This document shows, piece by piece, positions 18,489-24,364 of a stretch of DNA of 25,803 nucleotides (position 1 is the first letter of the stretch; each line of letters starts with the position of its first letter). Position numbers and translations under genes: made by a program. Source of the stretch: a virus. Lineage: Duplodnaviria; Caudoviricetes. The DNA lies in the IMG/VR virus record IMGVR_UViG_3300034092_001533, positions 1 through 25,803 of that record; one strand, written 5' to 3'. The notes beneath the pieces were generated by a model that searched no databases, was not told where the DNA came from, and saw nothing but the letters and a program-made list of their open reading frames with translations.

Positions 18489-18635
18489 TTACTCCTCAAA
18501 AGATACTTGATTTTCGATCATTTCATCAGTTACAGAATTACATGAACAATTACAGCATTTTTCTTTAACCATTGAAATTGGATCGTAGCCTTTTGGGGTT
18601 TGTCTGGCCCATGAATCTGGGTAATTATTTTCCAT
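18489..18635 (-). CDS. Small Cys-rich protein (48 aa, KCCNCSC)
   Basis: Translated by hand; fills the gap in a leftward operon. Confidence 0.5.
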   Translation of the reverse strand: MENNYPDSWARQTPKGYDPISMVKEKCCNCSCNSVTDEMIENQVSFEE

Positions 18636-18646
18636 ACCCAATTCTA

Positions 18647-19108
18647 TCATGGAAATTTTATATTGCCATTGTCGGCAAAGACAAGAGCTAGTGAGTCTCC
18701 TGGATTTAAAGATAGTTCATTAACTCCTACTTGAGCCCAAGCATATTTACCATTGAGGTCAAACGGGTTAGGGATAGGTTGTTTTCTTTTTTCTAGAATA
18801 GCCCAGTATGCTTTCTCTGAAGGCATCTCCTGACATGACTCATCTTTATAGGCAGGCAATCCATTTAGACGACATACTACAGCATCGCCATACTTAACTG
18901 TTCCCTCTACCTTAAAGCCATTATTCTTTAGGAAGTCTAGAGCTTTTACCTCATCACTCCAAGGAATACACTTATCAATTGTTGGCTCTCCCAAAACGCT
19001 ATAGTCTACATATAGACCTATGCAATCTTTACTTGGATCTGTTGCTACGGATATTACTCCACCAACACCTAATAAAATTAAAATTGATAATAATACTCTA
19101 GATAACAT
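18647..19108 (-). CDS. Secreted/membrane-anchored protein, possibly DUF4430/transcobalamin-C-like
   Basis: N-terminal signal/TM; VVCRLNGLP..C..MP..AYWA..AQVG..L.PGDSL pattern recalled from actinobacterial surface proteins; SD AGAGGAG. Confidence 0.55.
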   Translation of the reverse strand: MLSRVLLSILILLGVGGVISVATDPSKDCIGLYVDYSVLGEPTIDKCIPWSDEVKALDFLKNNGFKVEGTVKYGDAVVCRLNGLPAYKDESCQEMPSEKAYWAILEKRKQPIPNPFDLNGKYAWAQVGVNELSLNPGDSLALVFADNGNIKFP

Positions 19109-19181
19109 TTACTCTCCTCTTATAGTAATAATAATATACAGAAAGCTGTATATAATAATGCTACCATAATTATTAGGTTTT

Positions 19182-19343
19182 TCATAGGGTAGGCTTGGGA
19201 AAGTGAATTTCGAAACAGGACTGACAATATTTTATTAATATACCTTTAGAGTCTAACTTTGAGGTATAGGCATACTTATCACAATAATTACATATCGGCG
19301 GGGTGAAATCTAGTGAGTTCTCGAGATTCTCCAATATAGCCAT
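19182..19343 (-). CDS. Small Zn-finger-like protein (CNYC...CQSC)
   Basis: Likely start is ATG 19343 with SD GGGAG. Confidence 0.55.
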   Translation of the reverse strand: MAILENLENSLDFTPPICNYCDKYAYTSKLDSKGILIKYCQSCFEIHFPKPTL

Positions 19344-19543
19344 AATACTCCCTAATAAGATCAAAGGTTAATACGATACATACCTTGATATATCAATTAT
19401 ATCATATATGCCCTGTTTTTATATACCTATAATGTTAATAAAATTTTAAAATTTAGATACTATGTTACTGATGAGTAACTTATATTTGATATATATAATC
19501 ATATATTCTTTATCTTTTCTATCTTGTATTCTATACTTGATAC

Positions 19544-19680
19544 TTGGGAATTAGATTTTAGCAAAACCCCCCCTCCCCCCATGAATTAAATTCTCATGGT
19601 GAGAAGAGAGAAGCTTCACTAAACTCCCAAGAATTACTTGGTGTATTGAGTTCTAGTGTAAACCCCCAAAAACCTTTTCC
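19544..19680 (-). ncRNA. Candidate structured non-coding RNA (three-way junction, about 135 nt)
   Basis: Own promoter; two long hairpins inside a closing stem; many G-U pairs that work only on the minus strand; no ORF. Confidence 0.5.
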
Positions 19681-19683
19681 TCA

Positions 19684-19713
19684 AGTATAACAGCAAGGTA
19701 AATTTTATGTCAA
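19684..19713 (-). promoter_or_regulatory. Strong sigmaA-type promoter
   Basis: TTGACA(19713-19708)-18 nt-TATACT(19689-19684) with TG extension. Confidence 0.7.
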
Positions 19714-19780
19714 CCCTTCTCGATCTAAAATACCCAAAATGTTAATAAATTTTTATTTTGTATGATGCACTATTTTGAGC

Positions 19781-19796
19781 TCGAACACCTGTTCGA
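19781..19796. promoter_or_regulatory. Actinobacterial LexA (SOS) box
   Basis: TCGAAC-ACCT-GTTCGA, a perfect match to TCGAAC-N4-GTTCGA, intergenic. Confidence 0.75.
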
Positions 19797-19853
19797 ATAG
19801 CGAGCACAGAGGATAGGGATAAAAGGGACATACTACTCAGTAGGGTCCCCCCA

Positions 19854-19869
19854 TGTGATGGACATCACA
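19854..19869. promoter_or_regulatory. CRP/GlxR-type box
   Basis: TGTGA-TGGACA-TCACA. Confidence 0.7.
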
Positions 19870-19907
19870 AAAATAATTTACCGACACGCCCGAAAAACAC
19901 CCTAAAA

Positions 19908-19929
19908 TGTCAGTGGTCTATGTTAGGAT
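19908..19929 (+). promoter_or_regulatory. PafBC/RecA-NDp-type promoter 1
   Basis: TGTCAG-N10-TAGGAT. Confidence 0.7.
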
Positions 19930-19980
19930 ACTATGTATAAAGAAAGTTAAGGAAAGTCCTTAAACTAGAAAGGAGTTCAG

Positions 19981-20175
19981 ATGAACTCAATTATCCTAGA
20001 GCCTAGCCACCCAATGGCTAGCAGTAATACAGGCGATAGCCGTATTTTCCGTAATACAGTAGGTAACTACATAAGCCGTAAGGCTTATCTAGAAATGCTA
20101 TCTACTAGTAAGGGTTGCGTATCTCATAAATACCTTAGCCCTAATGAGTCTGCTTGGCTCATGAGTGTGAGATAA
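19981..20175 (+). CDS. Small early-region hypothetical protein
   Basis: SD AGAAAGGAG. Confidence 0.7.
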   Translation: MNSIILEPSHPMASSNTGDSRIFRNTVGNYISRKAYLEMLSTSKGCVSHKYLSPNESAWLMSVR

Positions 20176-20181
20176 CTCACA
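20166..20181. promoter_or_regulatory. CRP/GlxR-type box
   Basis: TGTGA-GATAAC-TCACA. Confidence 0.7.
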
Positions 20182-20209
20182 CCCCACGCCCTGCGTGTCG
20201 GCTTGATAA

Positions 20210-20231
20210 TGTCGGTCAAGTCTGATAGTCT
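20210..20231 (+). promoter_or_regulatory. PafBC/RecA-NDp-type promoter 2
   Basis: TGTCGG-N10-TAGTCT. Confidence 0.75.
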
Positions 20232-20274
20232 TACAGACAACAAAATGAAAGTTATCTTAGAAAGGATAAACTAA

Positions 20275-20403
20275 ATGAATATCGAACAATATAAAGAAAT
20301 GGTAGAGGCTCAGAGAGCCGAGAGCCTAAGAAACGCAATTCTTGCGCTAACAAAAGCGAACAACGCTTTAACTAATAATTTTAATGTAGAGGAGAATAAC
20401 TAA
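20275..20403 (+). CDS. Small hypothetical protein (42 aa)
   Basis: Translated by hand (MNIEQYKEMVEAQR...); SD AGAAAGGA. Confidence 0.7.
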   Translation: MNIEQYKEMVEAQRAESLRNAILALTKANNALTNNFNVEENN

Positions 20404-20565
20404 ATGAAAATAACTTACTCAATTTGGCAAGGCTCATTACAGAAGGGCACACTAACTTCTAATAGTATTAAAGATATAGTTAAGACTATAGACGAGTTAA
20501 ACTCAGTTAATCCACCCGTTAAGTTTGAATACCTAGTCCATAAGATTGAACAGGTAAATAACTAA
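20404..20565 (+). CDS. Small hypothetical protein (53 aa)
   Basis: MKITYSIWQG...; SD GAGGAG; TAATG coupling. Confidence 0.7.
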   Translation: MKITYSIWQGSLQKGTLTSNSIKDIVKTIDELNSVNPPVKFEYLVHKIEQVNN

Positions 20566-20753
20566 TGAAATCAGGATATCAAGTTAGATTAGAAACTTAC
20601 AGCGGTGAGGTAATGAATATCCACCTAATTAATAAAGAAGCCGTAAGGTTATTCATAGAAGAATTACCTAATCGATTAAGTAAGGGAACTAAAGTCAGCT
20701 TCGCTTGCGATGTCTTGGCTATTGGTGGCTCTCTAATGGGGAGAAAAGAATAA
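20565..20753 (+). CDS. Small hypothetical protein, paralogue of 22778..22969
   Basis: Shared T[YF]SGEV...IN..AV..F...LP..L...V.F.CD.L. Confidence 0.7.
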   Translation: MKSGYQVRLETYSGEVMNIHLINKEAVRLFIEELPNRLSKGTKVSFACDVLAIGGSLMGRKE

Positions 20754-20893
20754 TGAAATCTATAATCGCTTCCCTAGTAATCTGCTCGGCTATTGTGTCC
20801 CTCGATATTCTAACCGATCCAATTTACTCGAATTGTAAACAGACAATAGAAGGACGCACCTGCGACCTTGTTGGATATAAGTGGAAGCCTTGA
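20753..20893 (+). CDS. Small secreted/membrane protein (46 aa)
   Basis: Start at TAATG 20753 (MKSIIASLVIC...); hydrophobic N-terminus. Confidence 0.6.
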   Translation: MKSIIASLVICSAIVSLDILTDPIYSNCKQTIEGRTCDLVGYKWKP

Positions 20894-20919
20894 CAGTTGT
20901 CAGGGCTAACCGATAGAAT
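20890..20919 (+). promoter_or_regulatory. PafBC-type promoter 3, also with a canonical -35
   Basis: TGTCAG(20898)-N10-TAGAAT; TTGACA at 20890-20895. Confidence 0.7.
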
Positions 20920-20945
20920 TAAACTACGAAAGGAAAACTAAACAA

Positions 20946-21116
20946 ATGGAAATAACTATAGAAATAAATGAGTGGGGCTTAGGTCTTTACTCTCCTTGGG
21001 CTGGCTTCGATTTTACTTGGGGCTTTGCTATCACCACCGCAATTTTAATTTATGCGATTAGATATTTTAAAAAGTATCCAATCAAGACTCCTAGATTTTT
21101 AAGGAGAATTAAATAA
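20946..21116 (+). CDS. Small membrane protein (56 aa)
   Basis: MEITIEINEWG...; one hydrophobic helix and a basic tail; SD GAAAGGA. Confidence 0.7.
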   Translation: MEITIEINEWGLGLYSPWAGFDFTWGFAITTAILIYAIRYFKKYPIKTPRFLRRIK

Positions 21117-21307
21117 TGCCAATGACTAGAAAAGATTATCAGGAAACTGCTAAGATTTTAAAACAATATGCCGATGAAATTCATCCCGCTATTTTTAATG
21201 ATTTAGTAGATGAGTTTTCTGAAATGTTTGAAAAAGATAATCCGAGATTTGACCCAGAGCGATTTGAAAAAGCAACGGGCGCAAATAATTTAGAATTTAA
21301 TTTTTAA
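21116..21307 (+). CDS. Small phage protein (MTRKDY...DNPRFD..RF..A type)
   Basis: Recurrent phage early-protein motif; SD AAGGAG. Confidence 0.75.
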   Translation: MPMTRKDYQETAKILKQYADEIHPAIFNDLVDEFSEMFEKDNPRFDPERFEKATGANNLEFNF

Positions 21308-21335
21308 TAAATTAAATTAACTCGTTAGGGTGTGG

Positions 21336-21375
21336 CGACACGCCCGAACGAGGCGCCCCGCAGTCGGGCGTGTCG
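21336..21375. repeat. Perfect 12-bp inverted repeat CGACACGCCCGA/TCGGGCGTGTCG around GGCGCCCCGC
   Basis: Arms 21336-21347 and 21364-21375; half-copies at 19882, 22172, 23192 and 24261. Confidence 0.9.
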
Positions 21376-21382
21376 ATTAAGA

Positions 21383-21440
21383 CGTGATTTTAATCACCTG
21401 GAAAATTTGAGCGTGAAAAATCCATGTGAGGTTTATCACA
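21383..21440. promoter_or_regulatory. Two CRP/GlxR-type boxes
   Basis: CGTGA-TTTTAA-TCACC (21383-21398) and TGTGA-GGTTTA-TCACA (21425-21440). Confidence 0.7.
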
Positions 21441-21480
21441 ATCCCAAATGTCCGTTTTGGTATGGTTACTGGTCAGTAAA

Positions 21481-21502
21481 TGTCAGTGGTAGGTGTTATA
21501 CT
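21481..21502 (+). promoter_or_regulatory. PafBC-type promoter 4
   Basis: TGTCAG-N10-TATACT. Confidence 0.75.
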
Positions 21503-21552
21503 TCTAGTATAAAGAAAGTTGAGAAAGGTTCTCAAACTAGAAAGGAATTCAA

Positions 21553-21732
21553 ATGAATTCAACAATAATCGAAGTGTGCAAGACACACGTTCCTAATAAA
21601 TCTGCTATCTCCGAAGTAGGAGATGACCAGTTTACATTCTGCGAAGTTTGTGAACAAAACATTGAGCGTTGGTATAACGATACTGACCCTGAGCGTCTAC
21701 CTATGTGGACTTCATGGAAAGTAGGTAAGTAA
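21553..21732 (+). CDS. Small Zn-binding-like protein (59 aa; CKTH...CEVC)
   Basis: Translated by hand; SD AGAAAGGA. Confidence 0.7.
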   Translation: MNSTIIEVCKTHVPNKSAISEVGDDQFTFCEVCEQNIERWYNDTDPERLPMWTSWKVGK

Positions 21733-21733
21733 T

Positions 21734-21868
21734 ATGAATACACTTATCTGCGCTTTCTGCGAAATGGTTTACACCAATGATGTAAAGTTTTGCGGTTTCT
21801 GTAATGAATATAAAGGTCTAATGACCATATCCGATTTTGATAAATACTATGGAAAGGTTTCTAACTAA
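21734..21868 (+). CDS. Small Zn-ribbon protein (44 aa; CAFC-x10-CGFC)
   Basis: Translated by hand; coupled to neighbours. Confidence 0.65.
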   Translation: MNTLICAFCEMVYTNDVKFCGFCNEYKGLMTISDFDKYYGKVSN

Positions 21869-22029
21869 TGAATGACTATGAATTAAAAAATAATCTAATA
21901 AATCAAATTAAAGATTTAGCGGATAATAAATATACTAAAGAGTTTTCTAACTCTGCTCTATGGGGTTGTGCAACAGCATTGCTAACCACTGAACAATTAA
22001 AAATTATAAAATCGGTAATGGAGAAATAA
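21868..22029 (+). CDS. Small hypothetical protein (53 aa)
   Basis: TAATG coupling; SD GAAAGG. Confidence 0.65.
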   Translation: MNDYELKNNLINQIKDLADNKYTKEFSNSALWGCATALLTTEQLKIIKSVMEK

Positions 22030-22121
22030 TGAAAATAGAATTTGAAAAAGCAATTCAATTAGATCATTTAACTAAAGATGAATTGGAATTAGTAGAAAAT
22101 ATTTTAAAAGATTTTAAATAA
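22029..22121 (+). CDS. Very small hypothetical protein (30 aa)
   Basis: TAATG coupling; SD GGAG. Confidence 0.55.
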   Translation: MKIEFEKAIQLDHLTKDELELVENILKDFK

Positions 22122-22154
22122 ATAAAAAGCGTGTTAGCTTGACAAACGCAGAAA

Positions 22155-22233
22155 TGCGGGGCACCCCGCAGTCGGGCGTGTCGATTAAGTACGATGTGAT
22201 TAAGTTCACAGAATTTTTGTGGTGTAAATCACA
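22155..22233. promoter_or_regulatory. Cassette spacer: GC-rich repeat plus two CRP-type boxes
   Basis: GGGCACCCCGCAGTCGGGCGTGTCG; TGTGA-TTAAGT-TCACA (22195-22210); TGTGG-TGTAAA-TCACA (22218-22233). Confidence 0.7.
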
Positions 22234-22281
22234 CGGCTGAGCGTCTCATTATTTGGAATTACTGGCGGGTAAGTAGCAAAA

Positions 22282-22303
22282 TGTCTGCCCGTTCTGATAG
22301 ACT
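22282..22303 (+). promoter_or_regulatory. PafBC-type promoter 5
   Basis: TGTCTG-N10-TAGACT. Confidence 0.7.
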
Positions 22304-22339
22304 TACAGAGTAAGAAAATAAAGAAAGGAAGTAGTCACA

Positions 22340-22540
22340 ATGGCTAACTTATACACAATACAAGACCTTTTAATAGGTAAAAAATACGATAGCAATTCTC
22401 TAAGTGGAGTAATTGTATCTGCTGAAAAATCTAACCAACCAATTTGGTATGGTGAAAATACTGATGCTTATTTAGTAGAAATTAACTGCGGAACTTTGAA
22501 AAACCAATTCCGCACAATAGCAGTAAAGGTTGGTGAATAA
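22340..22540 (+). CDS. Small hypothetical protein
   Basis: SD AGAAAGGA. Confidence 0.75.
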   Translation: MANLYTIQDLLIGKKYDSNSLSGVIVSAEKSNQPIWYGENTDAYLVEINCGTLKNQFRTIAVKVGE

Positions 22541-22542
22541 TA

Positions 22543-22665
22543 ATGGGTTATGTTGAAATCTTTCGCCTTGATGAGCAAGGTGCTGGCTGGGTAGATTTAT
22601 CTGAGGCTACCCCGCAGGAATTATTAGACTTAGAAATTGGATTATTTCAGGAAGGTGCTATCTAA
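22543..22665 (+). CDS. Small acidic protein (40 aa, MGYVEIFRLDE...)
   Basis: Translated by hand; coupled. Confidence 0.65.
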   Translation: MGYVEIFRLDEQGAGWVDLSEATPQELLDLEIGLFQEGAI

Positions 22666-22781
22666 TGATAAACTCCGTAATGAGATTTGATTGCAACGAA
22701 TGTTCAGGCTCAGGCTTGATTTTTTGGGGCGATAATGATAACTATGATGTTGAAACTTGCGAATGTGAGGTGCTAGTTTGA
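22665..22781 (+). CDS. Small Zn-finger protein (38 aa; CNECSGSG...YDVETCEC)
   Basis: Translated by hand; paralogous to 23475..23660. Confidence 0.7.
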   Translation: MINSVMRFDCNECSGSGLIFWGDNDNYDVETCECEVLV

Positions 22782-22969
22782 TACCAGCAACAATAACAAC
22801 CTTTTCAGGAGAAGTAAAAAAACTAGAGTTTATAAATCCTAATGCAGTTGATTTTTTTACAAAGAAATTGCCTGCAGTATTGCCCGAAAATGTTTCGGTA
22901 TATTTTGAATGTGACTTATTAGATTTGCGTGGAACAATTAGAAGCGCAATTAAATCGGATGGAGAATAA
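22778..22969 (+). CDS. Small hypothetical protein, paralogue of 20565..20753
   Basis: TTG start overlapping the previous stop; SD GAGGTG. Confidence 0.7.
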   Translation: MIPATITTFSGEVKKLEFINPNAVDFFTKKLPAVLPENVSVYFECDLLDLRGTIRSAIKSDGE

Positions 22970-22970
22970 A

Positions 22971-23171
22971 ATGAAAACAATTAAACACTCTTTAGATTTT
23001 GTAACTGAGTTAGATGAAAATGACCCAACTGCTAAAAGATTATTAGCGATACCTGAAAATGAAAGAGAAATGTTGTTAAAAGATATGTTAATTAATATGT
23101 TTGATTTGGACAGTTTAATTGATGCAGTAAATGCTGGCAACTCTTGGGCTCATCTAAAACTTTTAAAATAA
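22971..23171 (+). CDS. Small hypothetical protein
   Basis: Likely start ATG 22971 (MKTIKHSLDF), SD GGAG. Confidence 0.65.
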   Translation: MKTIKHSLDFVTELDENDPTAKRLLAIPENEREMLLKDMLINMFDLDSLIDAVNAGNSWAHLKLLK

Positions 23172-23181
23172 AAAGCTTGGA

Positions 23182-23299
23182 TCGGGTGTGGCGACACGCC
23201 CGACCGAGGGGCCCCGCCCGAAATGTCCGATTTACGTAGATTAAGTAGATTGCCTGGAAAGTTGTGAAATAGATCACAAAATTAAATTACGGCGTGTCG
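23182..23299. promoter_or_regulatory. Cassette spacer: GC-rich hairpin repeat, CRP-type box and GGCGTGTCG
   Basis: TCGGGTGTG-GCGA-CACGCCCGA; TGTGA-AATAGA-TCACA (23263-23278); GGCGTGTCG (23291-23299). Confidence 0.7.
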
Positions 23300-23306
23300 T
23301 AGAAAA

Positions 23307-23328
23307 TGTCACCCCAACCTGATAGGCT
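23307..23328 (+). promoter_or_regulatory. PafBC-type promoter 6
   Basis: TGTCAC-N10-TAGGCT. Confidence 0.65.
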
Positions 23329-23352
23329 TAGATTATCTAAGAAAGGAAAACT

Positions 23353-23475
23353 ATGAAAGACTACTACGACGAATACTATGATGATTACTATTCTAAAGAA
23401 CTGCCACCTAGCGGTGATAGTTGTTATTGTCGCACTATGGTGTTATGCTCTAATTGTATGAAGGGATACAAATAA
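23353..23475 (+). CDS. Small D/Y-rich, Cys-rich protein (40 aa)
   Basis: MKDYYDEYYDDYY...CYC...CSNC; SD AGAAAGGA. Confidence 0.7.
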   Translation: MKDYYDEYYDDYYSKELPPSGDSCYCRTMVLCSNCMKGYK

Positions 23476-23660
23476 TGGGAAAGTTTAAGGAAAGTATTAC
23501 TAATATATTGACCTGCGGTTGGTGTTATGGTCAAGGCTGGCAATATGTCGGTAATGATGTAGACTATGATGTATGGGCTTGTGAGTGTAATACTTACAAT
23601 ATACCTGCTGATGAAATACTGGAGTACCACCAATTATTCAAAACTAAGGAGAACGCATAA
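23475..23660 (+). CDS. Small Zn-finger protein (CGWCYGQG...YDVWACEC)
   Basis: Start at TAATG 23475. Confidence 0.7.
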   Translation: MGKFKESITNILTCGWCYGQGWQYVGNDVDYDVWACECNTYNIPADEILEYHQLFKTKENA

Positions 23661-23869
23661 TGGAATATAACTACTCAATTACCACTTCCTATGACGGGGA
23701 GTTGGTTCACACCCTGCGTGTTAGCGATATGCTAGAGGCAGTAGACGCTTGGAATAAATGTGTAGATTTTGGCGACGCTAAAGAATACGCAACCTATAAC
23801 TTGTCCGACCCAACGGGTAAGATGTATACAAAGAACTTCTATAGAAATGGAGTAGTAAGTGGGAAATAA
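23660..23869 (+). CDS. Small hypothetical protein
   Basis: SD AAGGAG; TAATG coupling. Confidence 0.75.
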   Translation: MEYNYSITTSYDGELVHTLRVSDMLEAVDAWNKCVDFGDAKEYATYNLSDPTGKMYTKNFYRNGVVSGK

Positions 23870-24170
23870 TCTATCTCAGGAATTAGCCGAAGGTCTATTA
23901 GACTTAGACTTAGAAACTCAGATAACAATTCAATTAAGGAATAATCATTATCCGCCCGTTCCTTATTCAATGGTTCAACCTTGTATTGACGCTATTGACG
24001 CTTACAATGATGGTGAGCATGATAAGTTAATTCAATTACCAACCGACGGGTTTGATGCTAATGGTGAGCCGTTCCAAATTACTTGGCGTGGTAAAACTTC
24101 AGCACCTGCTCATGCCTTAGTTGAAGCACACCACTTAGAAAATTGGATTATAGAAAGAGAGTTGTGTTAA
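23859..24170 (+). CDS. Hypothetical phage protein (NHYPPVP motif)
   Basis: GTG start; SD GGAG. Confidence 0.75.
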   Translation: MGNNLSQELAEGLLDLDLETQITIQLRNNHYPPVPYSMVQPCIDAIDAYNDGEHDKLIQLPTDGFDANGEPFQITWRGKTSAPAHALVEAHHLENWIIERELC

Positions 24171-24186
24171 TTTATAATTAAATAAA

Positions 24187-24260
24187 GGTTCGTTAGCTCA
24201 GTTGGTTAGAGCGCTACCCTGTCACGGTAGAGGTCACGGGTTCAAGTCCCGTACGAATCG
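24187..24260 (+). tRNA. trnD: tRNA-Asp(GTC)
   Basis: Acceptor GGTTCGT/ACGAATC, D arm GCTC/GAGC, anticodon arm CTACC-CTGTCAC-GGTAG, T arm ACGGG-TTCAAGT-CCCGT, discriminator G; CCA not encoded. Confidence 0.96.
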
Positions 24261-24336
24261 CAACACGCCCGAACGGGGCGCCCCGCATTTTCTGGCATTT
24301 ACGTACATTAAGCAGAGCCCCACAAAATTTGTGGAA

Positions 24337-24358
24337 TGTCAGTCAAAGCTGCTAGAAT
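24337..24358 (+). promoter_or_regulatory. PafBC-type promoter 7 (leaderless)
   Basis: TGTCAG-N10-TAGAAT, ATG 6 nt downstream. Confidence 0.75.
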
Positions 24359-24364
24359 TAAATC

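Noticed and set aside
21332-21556. 74-aa ORF across the spacer
   Set aside because: It spans the repeat, CRP boxes and promoter and has no SD; the real gene starts at 21553
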